A stretch of 64,000 nucleotides of DNA from Vulcanimicrobiota bacterium. GTDB lineage: Bacteria > Vulcanimicrobiota > Vulcanimicrobiia > Vulcanimicrobiales > Vulcanimicrobiaceae. Location of the stretch: assembly GCA_963733295.1 (NCBI GenBank), contig CAVTCS010000003.1:1600001-1664000 (forward strand), given 5' to 3'. Positions 51,213-61,763 of this stretch are shown piece after piece (position 1 is the first letter of the stretch; every line of letters starts with the position of its first letter). The notes below the pieces were generated by a model. It was given only the letters and a program-made list of their open reading frames with translations, searched no databases and was not told the origin of the DNA. The position numbers were made by a program, and so were the translations under genes.

Positions 51213-52343
51213 ATGAACCGAACTCGAGCGGCACTCGCGTCTGCGATGCTGTGCGCGACGGTGCTCGCTCCGCTTCCGGCATTTTCGGATACCGCAACCG
51301 CGACGGCGATCACCAAGGGCATGATGTTTCCGGTCGACGCGGAGTTGCAAGCGCAGCTGCAAGAGCCGTTGCAAGAGGTCGCCCAAGCCACCCCGGTCGG
51401 AACGTCGCAGAGACCGCTGAAGACGCCGGGTCTGCCGCTCGGGTTCACGTTCAACTTCGATTTTTCGTTTTCGTACCCGTACGGAAATCTCGGCTATCAA
51501 GATGCGCGCCTACCCGGAGGTATGGACGCGGGAATCGGCTATGGATTTACGCGCGAGAATCGGCTTCAGGTCGGATACTATGAGATTCCGCAGTTCCCCG
51601 TAGGGTTCGCCAACAAGACGGTTCCGTTCTTCGTCCAAGGCTTCACCGGTCCGGGAACGATTCCGCAGACGTTCCAGAACACCGGCAACGCGAATGCGAC
51701 TACGAAAGACAAGTTCTTCATTGCGGTCGATCAGAACCTCATCAACATCGCCGGCAAGTTTCCGATCGTCATCAGCCCGACGTATCTCGCACACTGGGGC
51801 TGGGTCGGCAACAACGGTACCGATGTCCAGACGATCGAGTACAACGGATTCCCGACCACCCTGCACTTGCGCACCGAACAAGAGTGGTTCTTGCCGCTCA
51901 CGGTTCCGTTCTTGTCGAGCCCGCGTTTCTTCGGCACCGCCACTGTCGCGGCGCAGTGGCTGCTTCATCCGGCGGGCGTGAATCAGACGAACCACATGCA
52001 AATCTTCGAGCTCGCATATCTCGAGTACCGGGCCGCCAAAGACACCTCGTTCTTCTTCCAACCGTCCCGGCTCATCCAGTACAATCCCTCGGACCCGTAC
52101 CCGCAGTACACGCCGACCTTTATCTACGGCTTGTCGCATCACTTCACGAAGCTTCTCTACACGCAAATCTACGTCGCGACGGGCGGTCCGACGAACTACT
52201 CGCAGCTCGGCATCACGAGCCTGACTTGTCAGCGCATCCCGTGCAACGCTCCGGGCAATACGATCCCCTCGCTCGCCGGCCTCAAAGCCACGACGATTCA
52301 GCTCCAATTCGGCATCGGTAGTCCAACGGTGATTCCACTATGA
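51213..52343 (+). CDS. Secreted aromatic-rich protein, probable outer-membrane beta-barrel
   Basis: Signal peptide; alternating strands FTFNFDFSFSY, AGIGYGF, LQVGYY, TIQLQFGIG. Confidence 0.6.
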   Translation: MNRTRAALASAMLCATVLAPLPAFSDTATATAITKGMMFPVDAELQAQLQEPLQEVAQATPVGTSQRPLKTPGLPLGFTFNFDFSFSYPYGNLGYQDARLPGGMDAGIGYGFTRENRLQVGYYEIPQFPVGFANKTVPFFVQGFTGPGTIPQTFQNTGNANATTKDKFFIAVDQNLINIAGKFPIVISPTYLAHWGWVGNNGTDVQTIEYNGFPTTLHLRTEQEWFLPLTVPFLSSPRFFGTATVAAQWLLHPAGVNQTNHMQIFELAYLEYRAAKDTSFFFQPSRLIQYNPSDPYPQYTPTFIYGLSHHFTKLLYTQIYVATGGPTNYSQLGITSLTCQRIPCNAPGNTIPSLAGLKATTIQLQFGIGSPTVIPL

Positions 52344-53863
52344 CGCACTCTCGACACGCCGCGATCCTCGCGGCGGCCTTCGCGCTCGCGGGTTGCAGCG
52401 GAAGCGGCGGCCAGATGCTGACGAATCCCTTGATCCCGCCGGCCAAGGCCCACCCCTTCCCGCCGGTGCAAGTGCTGAGCATCGCCGGCGTCGGCGACAG
52501 CTTGACCGCCGGCGAGCAGTCTGACGGACTCGTCGGCGTCAACCTTCCCGTCCTCGGTACGAGTCCGATCCTCGGGACGATCGGCCCGGTGCAGGCGACG
52601 CAAGAGCACGGCTTCTTCTCGCTGCTCTGGCAACAGGCCAACGTCGTCGGGATCGGCGCAATGAGCGACCCAACCGTCTCGCCGTTGCCGCTCATCGGCC
52701 CGAACGCGATCGGCGACCTTCTCGCACCTACCTCGAGCGGTTTCCCGTTTACCGTCACGACGGTGTGCGACACGACGCAGCTACCCGCCAACAAGTTCTC
52801 GACGGCGCTGACGCTGCGCCTCAATCCAGCGCTCACTCCGTACGATCTCGGCATACCCGGACAGACGGTCCACGAAGCGCTCTACATGAACGGCGCGATC
52901 GGAACGTGCGCTGCGATCCCCGCTGCATACGTGCCGCTCAACTCGCTGGTCAACGGCGAGAGCCAGAACTTCTGGCCGATCTTAGCCGGCTTCGGAAGCG
53001 GGGTCACCCAGGTCTCGGCAGCGACCTCGCTGCATGCCAAGCTCGCAACCGTGTGGCTCGGGTCGAACGATCTCCTCAAGGTCGCATTCAGCAATGGTGC
53101 AGCGCCGGTAACGTCGCCGTCGTCGATGCAAGCCGACCTCTCCCAAATCATCCAGAATTTGCAACGCGCCGGCTCGAAGGTCGCGATCTCCAACCTAATC
53201 GACGTGATGGGTGCGGCGGCGTTCATCCCGCAGCCGGCGTATCAGACGACATTGCAAAACTTCATCGCAAACGCGCTGATCCTGGCGAATCCCGGTCTAA
53301 CCGAAGCTGAGGCTTTAGCGCTGGCGGCCGGCCCGGCGACCTTTTACGCAAACGCCGAGATCACCCAAACGGGCGTCGGCGCGAACGGCTACTTCACGAT
53401 CAATGCGGTCTTCGAGACACTTGCCGCCGCTGCCGCCTCACCGCCGGGCCCGCCGCCGGTGCTGACCACGGGCGACTTCGTCTCGGATGCGGTCGCGCTC
53501 GAAGTCAAGTCGCTCAACACGCAGTACAACGCCTCGATCGCGAACGCGGCAACTGCGAATCATGCGGCGCTCGTCGACATCCACAGCGCCTTTGCCGCCA
53601 TCGAAACCGCCGGAGGCCTTCCGATTAATCCGCCCCAGTGCTGCACCCTGCAGTACGGCGGCGGCTTCTTCAGCCTCGACGGCCTTCACCCGTCGAACAC
53701 GGGCTACGCCGTCGTCGCCAACACGTTCATCGCGCAGATCGATGCGTCGTACGGGTACAGCATTCCCCAAGTCGACGTCACGACGATCTACAAGACCGAC
53801 CCCTACGCTCCCGGTAGTAGCGTAGGACCGGCCAGCGCGGTCCAGAAACCCAAGGCTCCATGA
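52340..53863 (+). CDS. GDSL/SGNH hydrolase lipoprotein
   Basis: Lipobox LAGC; GDSL, LGIPG, GSND, DGLHP blocks. Confidence 0.9.
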   Translation: MTHSRHAAILAAAFALAGCSGSGGQMLTNPLIPPAKAHPFPPVQVLSIAGVGDSLTAGEQSDGLVGVNLPVLGTSPILGTIGPVQATQEHGFFSLLWQQANVVGIGAMSDPTVSPLPLIGPNAIGDLLAPTSSGFPFTVTTVCDTTQLPANKFSTALTLRLNPALTPYDLGIPGQTVHEALYMNGAIGTCAAIPAAYVPLNSLVNGESQNFWPILAGFGSGVTQVSAATSLHAKLATVWLGSNDLLKVAFSNGAAPVTSPSSMQADLSQIIQNLQRAGSKVAISNLIDVMGAAAFIPQPAYQTTLQNFIANALILANPGLTEAEALALAAGPATFYANAEITQTGVGANGYFTINAVFETLAAAAASPPGPPPVLTTGDFVSDAVALEVKSLNTQYNASIANAATANHAALVDIHSAFAAIETAGGLPINPPQCCTLQYGGGFFSLDGLHPSNTGYAVVANTFIAQIDASYGYSIPQVDVTTIYKTDPYAPGSSVGPASAVQKPKAP

Positions 53864-54486
53864 GAAAAACTCTCGCAGTTTCAACGCTCCTCGCGCTCGC
53901 CGGCGCGCTCTTAGGAGCAGCGCCGACCGGTGCAGCCGCGTCTTTTTTGGATGCCTGGTCGAAGGTGCAGAGCTACACGGTCGACATCAAGGTGCACGAG
54001 ACCAAAGGCACCGAGACTCAGGATCGCACGTACCATTACTCATTTCTGAAACCGCACTTTGCGCGAAGCGACATTACGGGTGGCCCGGGTAAAGGCGGCG
54101 GCGCCGTCTGGAAGGGCGGTGACACGGTCAGCGGACATCAGGGCGGCTTGTTGAGCGGCATCCACATGAACATCTCGATCCACGATGCACGCGCCGTCGA
54201 CTTGCGCGGCGGAACGATCGCGGGAGGTTCGTTTGCGGACATGGCAAGCTGGATCCAATCGGCCGCGACGATCACCGTCGCCGAGGAGACTTGGAACGGC
54301 GTCGCTTACGACACCGTGACCGGGCCCTACACCGACTCGCTCGGAGCCACCAAACGCGAACTCTACTTGTCCAAAACGACGCACTTACCGGTGCGCCGCG
54401 TGACCTTCGCAGGCGACACGATCGTCGAGGACGAGGTCTTCACCAACCTCAACCCGCAGGCGGCCTTGATGGAGGGCGACTTCTAG
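53860..54486 (+). CDS. Secreted protein, possibly LolA/LppX-like fold
   Basis: Signal peptide; VQSYTVD, FLKPHFAR, LSKTTHLPVR, FTNLNP pattern. Confidence 0.55.
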   Translation: MRKTLAVSTLLALAGALLGAAPTGAAASFLDAWSKVQSYTVDIKVHETKGTETQDRTYHYSFLKPHFARSDITGGPGKGGGAVWKGGDTVSGHQGGLLSGIHMNISIHDARAVDLRGGTIAGGSFADMASWIQSAATITVAEETWNGVAYDTVTGPYTDSLGATKRELYLSKTTHLPVRRVTFAGDTIVEDEVFTNLNPQAALMEGDF

Positions 54487-55230
54487 CTAACCGCGTCCCA
54501 CGAAGGGCATCTTCGTCGCCATCACGGTCATGAACTGAACGTTCGCGTCGAGCGGCAGCGTCGCCATGAAGACGACCGCTCGCGCGACATGCCCGACGTC
54601 GATCGTCGGTTCGACCCGCAGGGTTCCGTCGGGCTGAGGGACGCCATCCTGCATGCGCGCCGTCATCGGGGTCGCGGCGTTCCCGACGTCGATCTGACCG
54701 CACGCGATGTCGTATGGGCGGCCGTCCAGCGATAGCGATTTGGTCAGACCCGCGATCGCATGTTTCGTCGTCGTGTACGGCGCGGAATTCGGACGCGGGG
54801 CGTGCGCCGAGATCGAGCCGTTGTTGATGATCCGGCCGCCTTGCGGCGACTGCGCCTTCATTTGCCGGAAGGCGGCGCGGGCGCAGTAAAACGCACCGTT
54901 CACGTTGACGGAAACGACCGAATTCCAACGCTCGTCGCTCAGCTCGTCGAAAGGAACGGCCGGCGCCGAGAGGCCGGCATTGTTGAAGAGGACGTCGAGC
55001 CGCCCGAAGCGTTCGGCGACCGCAGCGAAGAGCGCGCGCACCGATGCGGCGTCGGCAACGTCGGTGGGGACTGCGAAGGCGCGGCCCGCCGGAATGCGCG
55101 ATGCCGTTTCGTCGAGCGCGTCGGCCCGGCGGCCGGCCAACACCGCGACGAAACCGGCCTCCGCCAACGCGATCGCCGCCGCGCGTCCGATGCCGCTGCC
55201 CGCTCCCGTGACCACCGCGACTTTTTCCAT
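54487..55230 (-). CDS. SDR family oxidoreductase
   Basis: [17 protein letters not shown]. Confidence 0.93.
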   Translation of the reverse strand: MEKVAVVTGAGSGIGRAAAIALAEAGFVAVLAGRRADALDETASRIPAGRAFAVPTDVADAASVRALFAAVAERFGRLDVLFNNAGLSAPAVPFDELSDERWNSVVSVNVNGAFYCARAAFRQMKAQSPQGGRIINNGSISAHAPRPNSAPYTTTKHAIAGLTKSLSLDGRPYDIACGQIDVGNAATPMTARMQDGVPQPDGTLRVEPTIDVGHVARAVVFMATLPLDANVQFMTVMATKMPFVGRG

Positions 55231-55286
55231 CTCCGCAATCTCCTAACAAATGAGAACTCGGGCCACGCTTTGAAAGATAGGCGCCG

Positions 55287-55925
55287 ATGAGCTCCGGCCT
55301 TACGCTGTACGCTTTCGTTACGCTGTTCGCGATGCTCAATCCGGTCGAAGCTGCGGCGGCATTCGCGACGCTTACCACCGGCCGCACTCCGCAAGGAAAG
55401 CACGCGATCGCACTGCGCGCGAGCATCGTCGCCGGGGTCATCCTGCTCGGCTTCGGGCTCATCGGTCGCTTCCTATTCGATGCGCTCGGAATCTCCCTGG
55501 CCGCCTTCCGGATTGCGGGCGGTCTGCTGCTGCTCAAAGTCGCCTTCAACATGGTCTTCGCCGTCCAGACCGACACGGACCAAGCCGAAGACGCAAAGGC
55601 CTCTCCCCATCCTAGCGGAGACCCATCGGTCTTTCCGCTCGCCATCCCGATCATCACCGGTCCCGGCGCTCTGACCGCGATCGTCACGCTGTTCGGCAAG
55701 ACGCACGGCGACCCGATGATCTACCTTGCCATCAGCATCATCGCGCTCATCGTGATGTTCCTCGTCTATTTCGCGATGGTCGGCTCCGAATCGATCACGA
55801 AGGTTCTCGGCACGACGGGAGTCGACGCGACCGGTCGTCTCGTCGGCATCATCGTCGCCGCAATCGCCATCCAGCTCGTCATCGACGGCGGCTACGAAGT
55901 CCTCAAGACCCCGCCAAGCATGTGA
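55287..55925 (+). CDS. MarC family membrane protein
   Basis: LNP, AFRIAGG, FPLAIPIITGPG. Confidence 0.92.
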   Translation: MSSGLTLYAFVTLFAMLNPVEAAAAFATLTTGRTPQGKHAIALRASIVAGVILLGFGLIGRFLFDALGISLAAFRIAGGLLLLKVAFNMVFAVQTDTDQAEDAKASPHPSGDPSVFPLAIPIITGPGALTAIVTLFGKTHGDPMIYLAISIIALIVMFLVYFAMVGSESITKVLGTTGVDATGRLVGIIVAAIAIQLVIDGGYEVLKTPPSM

Positions 55926-56423
55926 TCAGCGGCCGAAGAGGCCGGTCAGCCTTCCGTGCGCCAGGGTTGCGCCGTGCAGGTTGAACATAAGATAGGCGCC
56001 GGTGTCACCTTCATTGAGGCCGAGCTTCTTGTCGACCGCGTAGACGTTGAATTGGTAGTGGTGCGGCGGATCGCCGGGCGGCGGCGCCATTCCGCCATAT
56101 CCCGGCGCACCGAAATCGGTGTAACCGAGCACGCTTCCGGCGGGCTGTCTTCCGGGTTTGCCGGCGCCCTGCGCGAGCGATAAGATCGAAGGATCGATGT
56201 CGATGAGCAGCCAGTGCCAGAAACCGACGGTCGTCGGCGCATCCGGATCGAACAGCGTGACCGCGTAGCTCTTGGTTCCCGCCGGTCCTGCACTCCACGA
56301 AAGCTGCGGCGACAAGTTTTCCCCGCCGACGCCAAATTGATCGAAGAGCATCGAGCGCGGCACGATCGCGCCCTCCGCAAAGGTCGTGCTCGTGACGGTC
56401 AAGGTCCCAATCGAGGCGCTCAT
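55926..56423 (-). CDS. YbhB/YbcL (PEBP/RKIP-like) protein
   Basis: SPQLSW, DPDAP, FWHW, PPPGD, HHY. Confidence 0.93.
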   Translation of the reverse strand: MSASIGTLTVTSTTFAEGAIVPRSMLFDQFGVGGENLSPQLSWSAGPAGTKSYAVTLFDPDAPTTVGFWHWLLIDIDPSILSLAQGAGKPGRQPAGSVLGYTDFGAPGYGGMAPPPGDPPHHYQFNVYAVDKKLGLNEGDTGAYLMFNLHGATLAHGRLTGLFGR

Positions 56424-57352
56424 GCTTCCCTCCGTTTGGATGAAACTCGCTCCAGCGCTTCTTCATTCCCCCCCGCATCGCTTTCGGGTCGCAGAAAACG
56501 GTCCATCAGGCGCGCCATGACGGGATCTTTGAGCCCGGGCGGCAGTGCCGAGAACACGCGCTGGAACCAGATGTCGTTCCCGACGGCGTAACGGGCGCGT
56601 GGGAACCTCGAGGTGAGTGCGCGCACGATCACCGCCGCGCAACGCTCCGGATTCGCCGCGCGCTTGCCGATCGCCGTCATCGCGTTGTTGACGATCGGCA
56701 TCACCGCGGCGTAACGCTCCGCCACGTGCGGTTCGAGACCGTGCAAGTCGATGTACTTCTCGGGGGTGAACTTCGTCCAGATTGCGGTCGCGAACGCGCC
56801 TGGTTCGACGAGTGCGAAGCGCACTCCAAAACCGCGCTGTTCCATGCGCAGCGATTCGACGAGCCCGCGAACCGCATGTTTCGATCCCGCGTAGATGCCG
56901 TTGAAGGGCCACGCCACTTGGCCCGAGATCGATCCGACGACGACGACGCGCCCGCGGGCGGCTCGGACGAACGGCAGAAAGGCCTGCGTGACTGCCACGA
57001 CTCCGACGACGTTGACCTCGAACTGACGGCGCAACGCCTCGATCGTAAGACATTCCACCGGACCGTGAAAGACGACGCCCGCGTTGTTGACGAGCCCGGC
57101 AAGTTGGCCGCCGCTGCGCTCGCCGATCAGGTCGCGCGCCCGCTCGATCTGCGCGGAATCCGTGACGTCGAGGAAGACCGGCTCGCTGCGCTCCGAAAGT
57201 TGTTCGCGCAGGCGAGCGGCGTCGGCGTCGTTTCTGACCCCGGCAAAAACCTGCCAGCCCAGTGCATCGAGCCGCTTGGCGGTAGCGAAGCCGATTCCGG
57301 TCGACGCGCCGGTAACGAGAACGCCGGCGCGGGCAGGGGCCGTTTTCGACAT
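56420..57352 (-). CDS. SDR family oxidoreductase
   Basis: TGASTGIG, LVNNAG, YAGSK. Confidence 0.92.
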   Translation of the reverse strand: MSKTAPARAGVLVTGASTGIGFATAKRLDALGWQVFAGVRNDADAARLREQLSERSEPVFLDVTDSAQIERARDLIGERSGGQLAGLVNNAGVVFHGPVECLTIEALRRQFEVNVVGVVAVTQAFLPFVRAARGRVVVVGSISGQVAWPFNGIYAGSKHAVRGLVESLRMEQRGFGVRFALVEPGAFATAIWTKFTPEKYIDLHGLEPHVAERYAAVMPIVNNAMTAIGKRAANPERCAAVIVRALTSRFPRARYAVGNDIWFQRVFSALPPGLKDPVMARLMDRFLRPESDAGGNEEALERVSSKRREA

Positions 57353-57392
57353 AGACACTTCAACTGCGGAAGAACGGCGGCGGAACCTTTTT

Positions 57393-58410
57393 TTAGGCGC
57401 GAGCCTCGGCTGCCGGCGCCAAGGTAAAGGCTTCGGCCAGCAACTCGTAGGAGCGCCGGCGCGACGCGTAGTCGGGCGTAATCGTGACGACCATCGCTTC
57501 GTCAGCGCCGTACTCCGCTACCAGCTCGAGGATACGGTCGCGCACACGTCCGGGCGTTCCGACGACCATGCGCCGCGAACGGACGGCCTCGTCGCGCTCG
57601 CGCGGGGTCCACGGATAGGCGCGCGATTCTTCGAGCGAAGGGACCTCCGACGAAATGCCTCGCGCGACGCGCAAACGCCATAAGCGGATCGGCCACGCCA
57701 GTTCTTCCGCTTCTTCATCGCTGGGCGCGGCAATCGCGAAGAGTGCAATCATGCTGTATGGGTCGGGCCGGTCCGGCGCGGGAACGAAGCGCGCACGGTA
57801 GGCGTGCGCAATGTGCGGGGCATCGCCGCCGATGAAGTGGGCGTATGCATACGGTAAACCCAAGTCCGATGCCAGACGCGCACCGTATTCGGAAGAGCCG
57901 AGCAGCCAGAGTTGCGGTACGCTCGCGCCGCTCGGCATTGCGGGAAGCGGCGCGGCACGCTGGCCGGGCGCTTTGGTTCCGCGCAAATACTCGATCGTCG
58001 CTGCGACCTGCGCGGGAAAGACCGCCGGATCGCGGCTCTCGAGCGCGGCGGAGACGAGCGGCGTTCCGCCTGGCGCGCGGCCCAGCCCGAGATCGATGCG
58101 GCCGGGCGCGAGTGCCTCGAGCATCCGGAACGACTCAGCCACTTTGAAAGCGCTATAATGGGGCAGCATGATCCCACCGCTGCCGAGCCGGATGGCGGTG
58201 GTTTCCGCCGTCAAACGCGCGAGCAGCACCTCGGGCGCGGCGTCGGCCAAGCCGTGCATCGCATGATGTTCAGCTAGCCAATAGCGCCGGTAGCCGAGCT
58301 CGTCGGCGCGACGCGCCAGGTCGATCGTCGCCGCGATTGCGTCGCAGCGGACGCGCGCCCGATACGACCGGCGACTGATCGAGAATACTCAGCCGGAACG
58401 CATCGGTCAC
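57393..58410 (-). pseudogene. Luciferase-like (LLM) flavin monooxygenase with a 1-nt frameshift near the 5' end (pseudogene or sequence error)
   Basis: GTG 58410 gives MTDAFRLSILDQSPV. Homologous-looking sequence continues in another frame (DAIAATIDLA...RYWLAEHH...GRIDLGLGRAPG). Span is 3n+1. Confidence 0.75.
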
Positions 58411-58877
58411 GGAAGAATGCTGTAGGTGTATCCGGCGCAGATCTTGTCATTCGCCGCGCCCGTCGGCTGCGAAGCTCCGCTGTAGACGGTGAGATAGGCT
58501 ACGCCGCCGGACGCTTCGCGAACCATCATCACCGAGACGTAGGTCGGCTTTTGACCGCAGAGCGGGTTATGATTTTTCAGCAAGACGTCGAACGGCGAGG
58601 TCACGCGATAGAGAGTGGCGTGATCCTTCGCGTGCGCATCGCCGACGAACGAAACGCGCCCGGAGACGTCCTTGAGATATGCGATCGAGAGCTGACGGCC
58701 GCCCGAGAAGCTGATCCTAGTGGGCGTAAAACGCGCGTCGCCGGTGATCGATATGGCAGTCGTGCTCGTTCCGACCCAGCGCACGGCCTCCGCGGCGCCA
58801 GAAACACCGGCGGCGGTTGAGAAGAGGAGCAGCAAGGCACCGACGAAGCGACGAGGCTTAGGGCTACAAACGTGCAT
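58407..58877 (-). CDS. Secreted hypothetical protein with a Cys pair
   Basis: Signal-like segment; TSTTAISITGD, NPLCG, KICAGYTY. Its stop overlaps the LLM GTG. Confidence 0.7.
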   Translation of the reverse strand: MHVCSPKPRRFVGALLLLFSTAAGVSGAAEAVRWVGTSTTAISITGDARFTPTRISFSGGRQLSIAYLKDVSGRVSFVGDAHAKDHATLYRVTSPFDVLLKNHNPLCGQKPTYVSVMMVREASGGVAYLTVYSGASQPTGAANDKICAGYTYSILP

Positions 58878-59505
58878 GATCGCTAAGTATAACCTTTTTG
58901 CCGGCCAAAACCTTGACCGTCTTTCGGCATTGAGCGACGGCCTCTTTTCCTTCGCGATGACGCTCCTCGTGCTCGATCTGCACGTACCGGATCTTGGGGC
59001 GATCCACGGCGAGGAAGGCTTGCGCAGAGCGCTCGTCGCCGAACTACCGCGCCTCGTCCCATATGTCATGACGTTCATGACGCTCGGCATCTTTTGGGTC
59101 GGTCAGCAGACGCAATTCAACTTGTTCTCCCGAACCGACCGCAACCTGACGTGGATCCACATCGGATTTCTGATGACGATTTCGCTCACGCCCTTCTCCA
59201 CCGCGCTCCTCGCCGAGTATCTAACCTATCGCACCGCCCTGATCGTCTACTGGTTGAACATCCTGCTGATGGGAATCGGTCTCTACGTCAGTTGGGCCTA
59301 TGCGTGCCGCGCGGATCTCGTCAAGGACGGAACTCCGGCGGAGGTCAAAGCCGCGGTCGAGCGCCGCATCCGAATCGCGCAATCGCTCTATGCCTTCGGC
59401 GCGGTGCTGTGCGTTTTCAACACCTACTGGAGCATCGGCTTCATCGTCCTCGTTCAGCTCAACTACGTGCTGGCACCGAGGATTCGCTTTCTCTACCGGC
59501 TCTGA
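58876..59505 (+). CDS. TMEM175/DUF1211 family K+ channel-like protein
   Basis: RLSALSDGLFSFAMTLLVLDL, multiple TM helices. ATG 58876. Confidence 0.88.
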   Translation: MIAKYNLFAGQNLDRLSALSDGLFSFAMTLLVLDLHVPDLGAIHGEEGLRRALVAELPRLVPYVMTFMTLGIFWVGQQTQFNLFSRTDRNLTWIHIGFLMTISLTPFSTALLAEYLTYRTALIVYWLNILLMGIGLYVSWAYACRADLVKDGTPAEVKAAVERRIRIAQSLYAFGAVLCVFNTYWSIGFIVLVQLNYVLAPRIRFLYRL

Positions 59506-59537
59506 ACGCAGGCTGTAAGAGCGCGCTCGTTTTGCGG

Positions 59538-59969
59538 CTAGCTGTACTCGATCCGGCGAACGGTCAGCTTGCGATTGCCGGCGGGACGCTGCCAAACGAC
59601 GGTGTCGCCGGCGCGCGCGCCCAGCAGCGCCTGCGCGAGCGGTGAATCCGGCCCGATGTTGCCGGCGGGAATGTCGACTTCGTCCGGTCCGACGATGGTG
59701 AAACGGCGCAGCTCCTCGCCGGCCTCACCGCTCACGCTGACCGTCGCCCCGAAGGCCGCCACGGTGCGATCCTCGGGCGGAGGCACGACGTAGACGCGCG
59801 CCAGGGTCTCCTCGAGGCGCTGCCGCTCCGCCGGGTCGGAGGCCGCAGCCAGCGCTCCGGCCAGGCGCGCCTGCCCGCGCGACGTGATCGGCGCAGGCTC
59901 TGCCGCCGGCCTCAGCGCGGGCTCCCGCTCGGGCGCGTCCTCGAGTTCCTTGACGAATGCGCGGCTCAT
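59538..59969 (-). CDS. GreA/GreB-family (short) protein
   Basis: MSRAFVKE, FGATV, FTIVGPDE, SPLAQALLG. Confidence 0.85.
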   Translation of the reverse strand: MSRAFVKELEDAPEREPALRPAAEPAPITSRGQARLAGALAAASDPAERQRLEETLARVYVVPPPEDRTVAAFGATVSVSGEAGEELRRFTIVGPDEVDIPAGNIGPDSPLAQALLGARAGDTVVWQRPAGNRKLTVRRIEYS

Positions 59970-60055
59970 GGCTCGATAGACTCCTTCGTAGCCAGTAAGG
60001 TAATTTTCCACCGGCCGTGCGCTTCTAAACCTTCTTTTTAGGCGGGAAAGAGACC

Positions 60056-61720
60056 TTACGCCGTTTCGCCGGCTTGGGACTGGATGAGCTGCGTCTGAGG
60101 CAGCGCGATGCCGATGGAGTTCGCCCGGAACGCTTCGTCGACGACCCGGTTCAGCTCGCGCGCGAGCGGTCCCCGTTCGCCCGGCGCGGTTTTGATCCAG
60201 GCTCGCAACACGATCCCGGCGTGCGAAACAGACTCGACGCCGAGAATCTGGGGCGGTTCCAGGACCACGCTTCGCCACTGGGGCTCAGCCGCGAGTTCGT
60301 CGAGCGTCTTCTTCAACAAGCCGGTCGCCTTGGTGACGTCGGAATTCGTCGCCACCGCGACGCGAAAATCGATGCGCGACCAGCCCCGCGTGGCGTTTTC
60401 GACCGCGACGATCGCGCTGTTCGGCATGCTGACCAGTTTGCCGTCGTCGGTGCGGATCTGCGTCAGGCGCAAGGTGAGGTTTTCGACCGACCCGGTCGTG
60501 CCGTTGATCGTCACGTAGTCGCCGAGCGCGAACTGGTCCTCGGCCAAGATGAGCCAACCGTTCACGTAGTCTTTAATGAGACTTTGCGAGGCGAACGAGA
60601 GGGCGAACGCCGCGACCGCGCCGAGGGTGAGTACCGAAGTCATGTTGACCCTGAGAATCGAGAGCGTCGTTCCAATTGCGATCGCGTACAAGATCGTCGA
60701 TTTCAGACTCTCGGCGGCGCGAAGAAGCGTCGGGCGCCGCAGCATCTGCCGCGCGCGATCGGGCGGCGATAGAAACGGATTGCCCTCCCATGCCTCGGCG
60801 ATCCGCGCGAACACGAGCGTCAAGATTCGCTCGACGACGAGGACGATTACCCACAAGATAAGGATGCGAATGATCCGCGAGGCGAGCTCGCGCGCGAACG
60901 TCTGGGTCGACGGGAAGATCGTGAGCGCCCAGAGGACGACGAGCAGCCACATGGCGAGCCCGAGCAAGCCGAGGATCCATCTACCCGTCGTAAGCAAACT
61001 GTCTTGCAGGCGGAGTTTGTCCGCTTCCCTGGATTCCGTCGCGTCGTCGTCACTCAGCGCTTCCACGCGCGCCTCGACCGCATCGCGCCGCCGATTCAAC
61101 CAGCGTCGCACGAACGAAGCGAGAATCGTCAGCAGAATCGCGGCCCCGACGACGAAGGGCAGCCTCTGAACCTGGGTGCGAATGTACTCCGGCTGCGCAG
61201 CTAACACGGCGGGGGCGAGCGCTGCCTGCAGCGCCGCCTGCCACTGTTCGGCAAGCTGTTTGGAAGGTAAGGCGTAATACGCCGAGTCTGACTCCGTCAG
61301 CGTCATGAGCGGTGCGACGTCCTTGTGACGTCCGTCCGTCGCGTAGAGCGTCGCGTAGCCGTTCTCGCTGCCGATCTCGACCTCGAAGGTCTCGGGTTCG
61401 AAGCGTGCCGCCGAAGGATCGAACACGTTGCCCGAGGTTGATGGCGGAACGACGCGCCTTAGGTTGTCTTGGATCGTTTCGACGCGTTGCACGATCGGGG
61501 GTACGTCGTTCGAACCGGGCGCGAGGGGTGCCGCAATGGTAAACAAGCGCGTGCCTTGGAAGGTGATCGTCGCGGTGTCGAGATTGCCGACGCGCCTGAT
61601 CTGAAAACCGTAATCGGTCGCCGGCGAGGAAGACGGCAACGGGATCGATATCGGCAACTGGGCTAGCGCCGCGACGGGAAACGCGGCAAAGAGGAGCGCC
61701 AAGAGGAGGCTGCGCGGCAT
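60056..61720 (-). CDS. MscS-family mechanosensitive channel with N-terminal periplasmic domain
   Basis: SQSLIKDYVNG, EDQFALGD, LRLTQIR, MPNS. Confidence 0.92.
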   Translation of the reverse strand: MPRSLLLALLFAAFPVAALAQLPISIPLPSSSPATDYGFQIRRVGNLDTATITFQGTRLFTIAAPLAPGSNDVPPIVQRVETIQDNLRRVVPPSTSGNVFDPSAARFEPETFEVEIGSENGYATLYATDGRHKDVAPLMTLTESDSAYYALPSKQLAEQWQAALQAALAPAVLAAQPEYIRTQVQRLPFVVGAAILLTILASFVRRWLNRRRDAVEARVEALSDDDATESREADKLRLQDSLLTTGRWILGLLGLAMWLLVVLWALTIFPSTQTFARELASRIIRILILWVIVLVVERILTLVFARIAEAWEGNPFLSPPDRARQMLRRPTLLRAAESLKSTILYAIAIGTTLSILRVNMTSVLTLGAVAAFALSFASQSLIKDYVNGWLILAEDQFALGDYVTINGTTGSVENLTLRLTQIRTDDGKLVSMPNSAIVAVENATRGWSRIDFRVAVATNSDVTKATGLLKKTLDELAAEPQWRSVVLEPPQILGVESVSHAGIVLRAWIKTAPGERGPLARELNRVVDEAFRANSIGIALPQTQLIQSQAGETA

Positions 61721-61763
61721 CCGTCTTCGCCTTCGCGCCGCTGCGGCGGGAACCTCGGCCTCT

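Noticed and set aside
47672..61755. AGGT-N12/14-xxCGAA alternative-sigma promoter motif (47672-47694 and 61732-61755, minus strand)
   Set aside because: Only two reasonable instances with different spacing; other candidates did not fit.
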